Assembly (NCBI GenBank): GCA_016928395.1
Contig: JAFGKV010000016.1
Coordinates: 1-42,812 of the forward strand
DNA: 42,812 nucleotides
Direction of reading: 5' to 3'
Source of the DNA: Candidatus Fermentibacterota bacterium
GTDB lineage: Bacteria; JAFGKV01
Under the pieces are notes generated by a model. It was given only the letters and a program-made list of their open reading frames with translations. It did no database searches and had not been told where the DNA came from. Made by a program: the position numbers and the translations under genes. Below are positions 38,220-42,812 of this stretch, in pieces (within the stretch, counting starts at the first letter, position 1; each line of letters starts with the position of its first letter).

Positions 38220-40673
38220 ATGATCGCCGTTGCCTTGCTGCTGAGCCTTCTCACCGTCTCCCCTGATCCCTATCAGCAAGCTCTCCTGCCGACACCTGCC
38301 CGTGCGGACATTGACCGACTCCTTGCCCTGGGCGTCGAGGTCAAGCCCACTGATAGCCCCGCCTACCTGCGGATCATCGGGCGCGCATCGGAACTCGTCG
38401 AGGCCGAGGACATGGGGTTCCCCATGGAGATTGAGATTGTAGACCTCGAAGCATGGGCAAGCTCGCAGATGAGCGGACGGGGAGACTTCGGTGCGTACTA
38501 CACGTATGCCGAGGCCGTCACCAGAATGAATGAGCTGAACGCCCTGTACCCCTCGCTGGTCACCGCGCCGCAGTCGCTTGGGCTCTCAGGGCAGGGCAAC
38601 GCCATCTGGGCGATGAAGGTCTCGGACAACCCAGCAGTCGACGAAGATGAGCCTGCCATCCTGTTCACCGGCGTGCATCACGCCCGGGAACCCATAGGCT
38701 GTACCCTGTGTCTCGACTTCATCGAGTACCTGGCATCCGGCTACGGCACCGATCCTCTATGCACCTTTCTCGTGAATCAGCGGGAGTTCTGGTTTGTCCC
38801 GGTCGTGAATCCAGACGGGTATCTCTACAATGAGAGTACCAATCCCAATGGCGGCGGCATGTGGCGCAAGAACCGGCGAACCAATGGCGACGGTTCCTAC
38901 GGCGTTGACTTGAACCGCAACTATCCATATCAGTGGGGCTACGACAACAGCGGATCCAGCCCAACCCCCTCGTCGGACACCTACCGCGGCCCATCGGCCG
39001 GCTCCGAACCAGAAGTCCAGGTCATGATGGCCTTCTGCCAGGCGCAGGGCTTCACTGCGGCCCAGAACTGGCACAGCTATTCCAATCTGCTGCTCTACTC
39101 ATGGGGCTACGATGATTTCCTCACCCCCGATGACGACGCCTTCGACACCCAGGCCGCGGACGCCACCATGGGTATTGGGTATTCGACGGGCACAGCCTGG
39201 GAGCTCCTGTACAACACCAATGGCGATGCCAATGATTGGATGTACGGCGACCCGGCCAAACCGAAGGTGTTCGCATGCACCGGTGAAGTAGGTGAAGACT
39301 TCTGGCAGGAATCCCAGATCCCGGTGCACATCGCGGAGGGCAGGCAAATCTCAACGGTGCAGTCACTCTATGCAGGGCCACTGCCGGAATCAGGCGGCAT
39401 TACCGTTGATGACGCGGCGGCAAACAACAACACACGCCTCGATCCCGGCGAGACCGCCTCACTGCTGGTTTCCCTGTATAACAAGGGTTTCCATGGGAGC
39501 CCAGCCGTTACGGCCACGGTGGCCTGTGACGATCCTTACCTGCAGATCTCTCCTGCCCAGATCACTTTTACCCCTTTCCCTGCGCTGACGCTGGTGCAGG
39601 GTTCACCTGGTGTCGAGGTTACAGTCGATCCTGCCTGTCCCATGGGGTGGGCGGGATCCTGCCACCTGATCGTCGAGGGTCAATGGGTACGGCCCGATAC
39701 CATCGCCGTTCCCCTGACCGTGGGCAGGCCCACCATTCTGGTAGTCGATGCCGACAATGAGCCGACGGAGACACGGCTGATCGACGCTCTGGGCCGAGCT
39801 CCCATCGCCTTTGACACGTGGTATGAACCGGGTAATCCCGTGACCCTCGATCTGCTCCGGTTATACCGTGCAGTGATATGGACCGCCGGCGACCAGAACG
39901 TCTCGTCGATCCCGACGGCAGACCGTCAGGCGTTGAGCGCCTACCTCGATTTGGGCGGAGCCCTGCTCCTCTCTGCCGAGAACTATCTTAGTGCTTATGG
40001 CTCAGACCCATTCACATCCCAGTATCTCCATGTCAGCTCCTACACAACCAGCATCAGCGTATCCTCGGTGCAGGGAATGGCCACAGATCCCGTGACCGAC
40101 GGGATAGCCATGAACGTGTCCTTCCCAGGAGGCCTGAGCAATGCCCCCGACGCGGTTGTGCCCGACGCGCAAGCCACGGGGATTCTCCGGTACAATAACG
40201 GGAGCGCGTATACTGCGATTCGGTATCCCGCCACGGGTTCGTCTACGTTCAGGGTGATCTTCACCGCCACACCCCTGGAGGCCATGCTGCCCCCAACAAC
40301 GGCGCTGGAGGAGACACTCGAATCCATGGTGTCATGGCTGCTATTGTCGTCGGACACAAGCCCACCATCGGCCCCCATCTCTCTGACTGCACAGGCAGGG
40401 CCAGGCCCGGGTCAGGCGACGCTTACGTGGACGCCATCATCCGACAATGTCGGCGTGGCCCACTATCGCATCTACGAAAGCGCTCAGTCCGTCCCGGCAC
40501 CCGTGGGGGCGCTTCTGCTGGACGTGGCGGCTGCGTCCCCGTTTGTGCGAACCATCCCGGCGCCAGAGCCGGGTAGGGCCTTCTGGGCCGTAAGCGCCGT
40601 GGATGCGGGAGGCAATGAAAGCGGCCCGTCGCCGGCTTCGGGTTCGATGGTGTTCACGTTGGGCGCGCCCTGA
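38220..40673 (+). CDS. Secreted M14 zinc carboxypeptidase (carboxypeptidase T-like) with accessory domains and terminal FN3
   Basis: Signal peptide; HAREP, VNPDG, WRKNR, GVDLNRN, SEPE and HSYS motifs. Confidence 0.9.
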   Translation: MIAVALLLSLLTVSPDPYQQALLPTPARADIDRLLALGVEVKPTDSPAYLRIIGRASELVEAEDMGFPMEIEIVDLEAWASSQMSGRGDFGAYYTYAEAVTRMNELNALYPSLVTAPQSLGLSGQGNAIWAMKVSDNPAVDEDEPAILFTGVHHAREPIGCTLCLDFIEYLASGYGTDPLCTFLVNQREFWFVPVVNPDGYLYNESTNPNGGGMWRKNRRTNGDGSYGVDLNRNYPYQWGYDNSGSSPTPSSDTYRGPSAGSEPEVQVMMAFCQAQGFTAAQNWHSYSNLLLYSWGYDDFLTPDDDAFDTQAADATMGIGYSTGTAWELLYNTNGDANDWMYGDPAKPKVFACTGEVGEDFWQESQIPVHIAEGRQISTVQSLYAGPLPESGGITVDDAAANNNTRLDPGETASLLVSLYNKGFHGSPAVTATVACDDPYLQISPAQITFTPFPALTLVQGSPGVEVTVDPACPMGWAGSCHLIVEGQWVRPDTIAVPLTVGRPTILVVDADNEPTETRLIDALGRAPIAFDTWYEPGNPVTLDLLRLYRAVIWTAGDQNVSSIPTADRQALSAYLDLGGALLLSAENYLSAYGSDPFTSQYLHVSSYTTSISVSSVQGMATDPVTDGIAMNVSFPGGLSNAPDAVVPDAQATGILRYNNGSAYTAIRYPATGSSTFRVIFTATPLEAMLPPTTALEETLESMVSWLLLSSDTSPPSAPISLTAQAGPGPGQATLTWTPSSDNVGVAHYRIYESAQSVPAPVGALLLDVAAASPFVRTIPAPEPGRAFWAVSAVDAGGNESGPSPASGSMVFTLGAP

Positions 40674-41227
40674 TCGCCTGGGGTCTTAAGAAACGGCCCC
40701 GGGGCTGCCCACAGAGGATCGGTCGCCACCTGCCGCCACGCGTCGCCCGCAAGATGCACGAGATCAATATGGTCCACCTGGATGGGATGAGTGGAGGCGG
40801 TGAACACCCGCAGCCAGATCCCTCGATCAGACGATCCTGAAGGCATGATGGTGGCCGCAGTCACGAACTCAGGCCCCAGTTCCCTTGGTTGCAGCGCCAT
40901 CTGCTGAGCGGCTTCATCCCAACCGAAACCCCATAGATCGAGTTCCAGTGGGGCATCAGCCTCCTCTGACCGGGCGCGAACACTGAGCGTCAGCGATCCA
41001 TCCGCCGGCAAGGGCGGCAGAAGCAGCATGGCCAGCGAAGGCGTGCCCACCACCACAGACTGAAGCACAAGCACACCCCCTTCCATGGCGCAGCCCTCCA
41101 GTCTCCACGACCCTCGGGAGTCCATGCCGTCCCGTACCAACACCATCCCTTCCGCCACAGGGCGGTGGCATCCTGCGCAAAGGAGGATGACCACGGAGGA
41201 GAGCACGCGTGCGACGAGAAGCGACAT
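40484..41227 (-). CDS. Hypothetical lipoprotein with beta-rich domain
   Basis: Signal peptide with lipobox LCAGC; the 3' end overlaps the convergent M14 gene by 190 bp. Confidence 0.5.
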   Translation of the reverse strand: MSLLVARVLSSVVILLCAGCHRPVAEGMVLVRDGMDSRGSWRLEGCAMEGGVLVLQSVVVGTPSLAMLLLPPLPADGSLTLSVRARSEEADAPLELDLWGFGWDEAAQQMALQPRELGPEFVTAATIMPSGSSDRGIWLRVFTASTHPIQVDHIDLVHLAGDAWRQVATDPLWAAPGPFLKTPGDQGAPNVNTIEPEAGDGPLSLPPASTALTAQKALPGSGAGMVRTNGDAAATSSRSAPTGAGTD

Positions 41228-41321
41228 TCGATGCTCCAATGCGAGGGAAACAGATGGATGGCGTTGTTCCGGATGCATGCCGCTCTTACATTGGACGAAA
41301 CCGTCTGTCAAGGAGTCCTTC

Positions 41322-42284
41322 GTGCGCGTCGTCCTTTCCCTCGCTCTTGCCGTGGTGCTGGCTGGCTGCTCCGACAACCCGCCTGTGGTCATCCTCATGT
41401 CGGTCGATGGCCCTTCCTCGTGGCCCACGAGGTACCTCCTGGGAGGTACCGAGACCTGGGCGATGGTCGGTCATTCCGATTCACTTCCCGATCTCATTGC
41501 CGGTATACACGAGGGCTTCCTCCGGCCCTGGTCCTTTGGGACCTCCGGCGGCATGCGAGGCCAGGGATCACTCCTCACCTTGGCAGCCCGGGAAGGATGG
41601 TCCACCGCAGTGTTTGCCTCGGTCTCGACGGATGTGCGGCCCGCGCTTGAACGTCTGTCCAACTCGGCGTCAGACGCCAGGATCCGGCCGGCGGGCCTGT
41701 CCAACTGGCCGCTCCTGGCCAATGACGTGGTCCTGTGGGCGGCATCCCACGACGCGCCACGCTTCGCAACCGTTCATCTCTCGGTGACGGATCCGCCGAC
41801 ACCTGAGGCGATGAGTGCGGTGGTTCAGATGTGGGCGCGCATCGACGACCTCATCCGCGGCACGGGTGATTCGTCGGCCCTTCTGGCGGTCTATCTCGCC
41901 GATGCCCCCCCCGGTGATTCCATGGCGCGTCTGCGCGTGGTGGGTTCGGTGCCTGGGGCGACGGCGATGCGTGACACCTGGCTCTCTACGTTGGATGTGG
42001 CGCCGACCGTTGCCTCCGTCTTAAACGTGCTCTACACACCGGACTATCTCGGTCAGTCCCTGGCGGCGTTGTCGAGTGGGCAACGGTCCGAGCCGGTGGT
42101 ATTCACGAGGGGCACCACGCGCATGGTCATGGGAAGCCGTTGGATGGTCGTGGCCGACGAATTCGAAGACGACGCACTGCCCTCCAGGGTTCGCTTTGTT
42201 GATCTCTGGCGGGGCGAGTTCAGTGCCTCAGGAACCCGCTCGCCCGAGGCACTGAAGCTGCTGGAACACCTGCCTCATCGGTAA
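41322..42284 (+). CDS. Lipoprotein, degenerate sulfatase/alkaline-phosphatase fold
   Basis: AGGAG then GTG; lipobox LAGC; PVVILMSVD and STLDVAPTV...LGQSL patterns. Confidence 0.55.
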   Translation: MRVVLSLALAVVLAGCSDNPPVVILMSVDGPSSWPTRYLLGGTETWAMVGHSDSLPDLIAGIHEGFLRPWSFGTSGGMRGQGSLLTLAAREGWSTAVFASVSTDVRPALERLSNSASDARIRPAGLSNWPLLANDVVLWAASHDAPRFATVHLSVTDPPTPEAMSAVVQMWARIDDLIRGTGDSSALLAVYLADAPPGDSMARLRVVGSVPGATAMRDTWLSTLDVAPTVASVLNVLYTPDYLGQSLAALSSGQRSEPVVFTRGTTRMVMGSRWMVVADEFEDDALPSRVRFVDLWRGEFSASGTRSPEALKLLEHLPHR

Positions 42285-42742
42285 CCCGGGAGGGAGCACA
42301 ACTGGGCAGACCAACGGGGCTCGCTCCGCGGACATCGCGGGTGCGAGAGTTGGCACTACACTGTGGAAGCGGCCTCCAGACCGCGGTCAAGCGATCGCGG
42401 TGCCGCGCCATACCGTTCCCACGCGGAGTGGGTGACCGGAAGGTCGAGTGTCACCACCCGGTCTATCCGGGTGATCCGGAAACTCAGCCTGGATTGCCCG
42501 ATCGAGTCGGGCAATGACAGCGGGGAGGGCGAAGAGTGCCCTGCACATGTCCGTAGGGAAGGACGCCTCTCCCGTATCCAGTGGTGCGGGACCAAGTGCC
42601 CTCCCGAGCAGCTCGCGCAAGTACGCGGCTCGTCGATCACGATTACGAGAGCGATAAGGACAACGATAGCAACACCGGCCCCGAGCCTGCGGCGGGCGAC
42701 CGTGGACGATCACCCCTTCGAGGGTTGGTGCCCATCATGTCC

Positions 42743-42768
42743 GTAGGGGCGGGACTCTGTGCCCGCCC
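42743..42768 (+). repeat. GTAG-type REP-like palindrome
   Basis: GTAG followed by GGGCGGG-ACTCTGTG-CCCGCCC. Confidence 0.55.
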
Positions 42769-42812
42769 GTGTAGCGAAGGGCGACCGATTTGCCACTGTG
42801 TAGCGTACTCTC

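Noticed and set aside
1-42812. CRISPR array and the many 60-270-aa alternative-frame ORFs
   Set aside because: There are no regularly spaced repeats. The short ORFs overlap well-supported genes, carry no motifs, and are expected at this GC content.

Overview
A GC-rich bacterial window, mostly core or housekeeping, with many cell-envelope genes. No integrase, transposase, phage genes or CRISPR array are visible. Secreted proteins ending in FlgD-Ig/T9SS-type sorting domains suggest an FCB-superphylum lineage such as a Fermentibacterota-like candidate phylum (inference only). In order, it contains: a partial M28 peptidase; a four-gene Cys-motif-rich envelope operon (PEGA/Omp28-like CxxC lipoprotein, sorting-domain protein, TlpA, DUF6029-like beta-barrel); two GT-C-like membrane proteins; an arylsulfotransferase remnant; prs, PPi-type pfk and a NodB deacetylase; GNAT plus a GT4 with a probable CTG start; tRNA-Ser(GGA); 8-oxoguanine deaminase-like, PGI/PMI and metK; a GGDEF-STAND-TPR protein; tmRNA (tag ANEQYLLAA); hypCDE; a probable 6S RNA; PBP1A; malic enzyme; a second GT4; heparinase II/III-like; methyltransferase; YbaK; patatin; an M14 carboxypeptidase; two further lipoproteins; and a GTAG-type REP. 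The best candidates for undescribed biology are the thiol/disulfide outer-membrane operon, the NLR-like diguanylate cyclase, a ~200-aa module shared by three secreted proteins, and unexplained structured non-coding DNA downstream of the tRNA and the tmRNA. All family assignments are by motif recognition, not database search.
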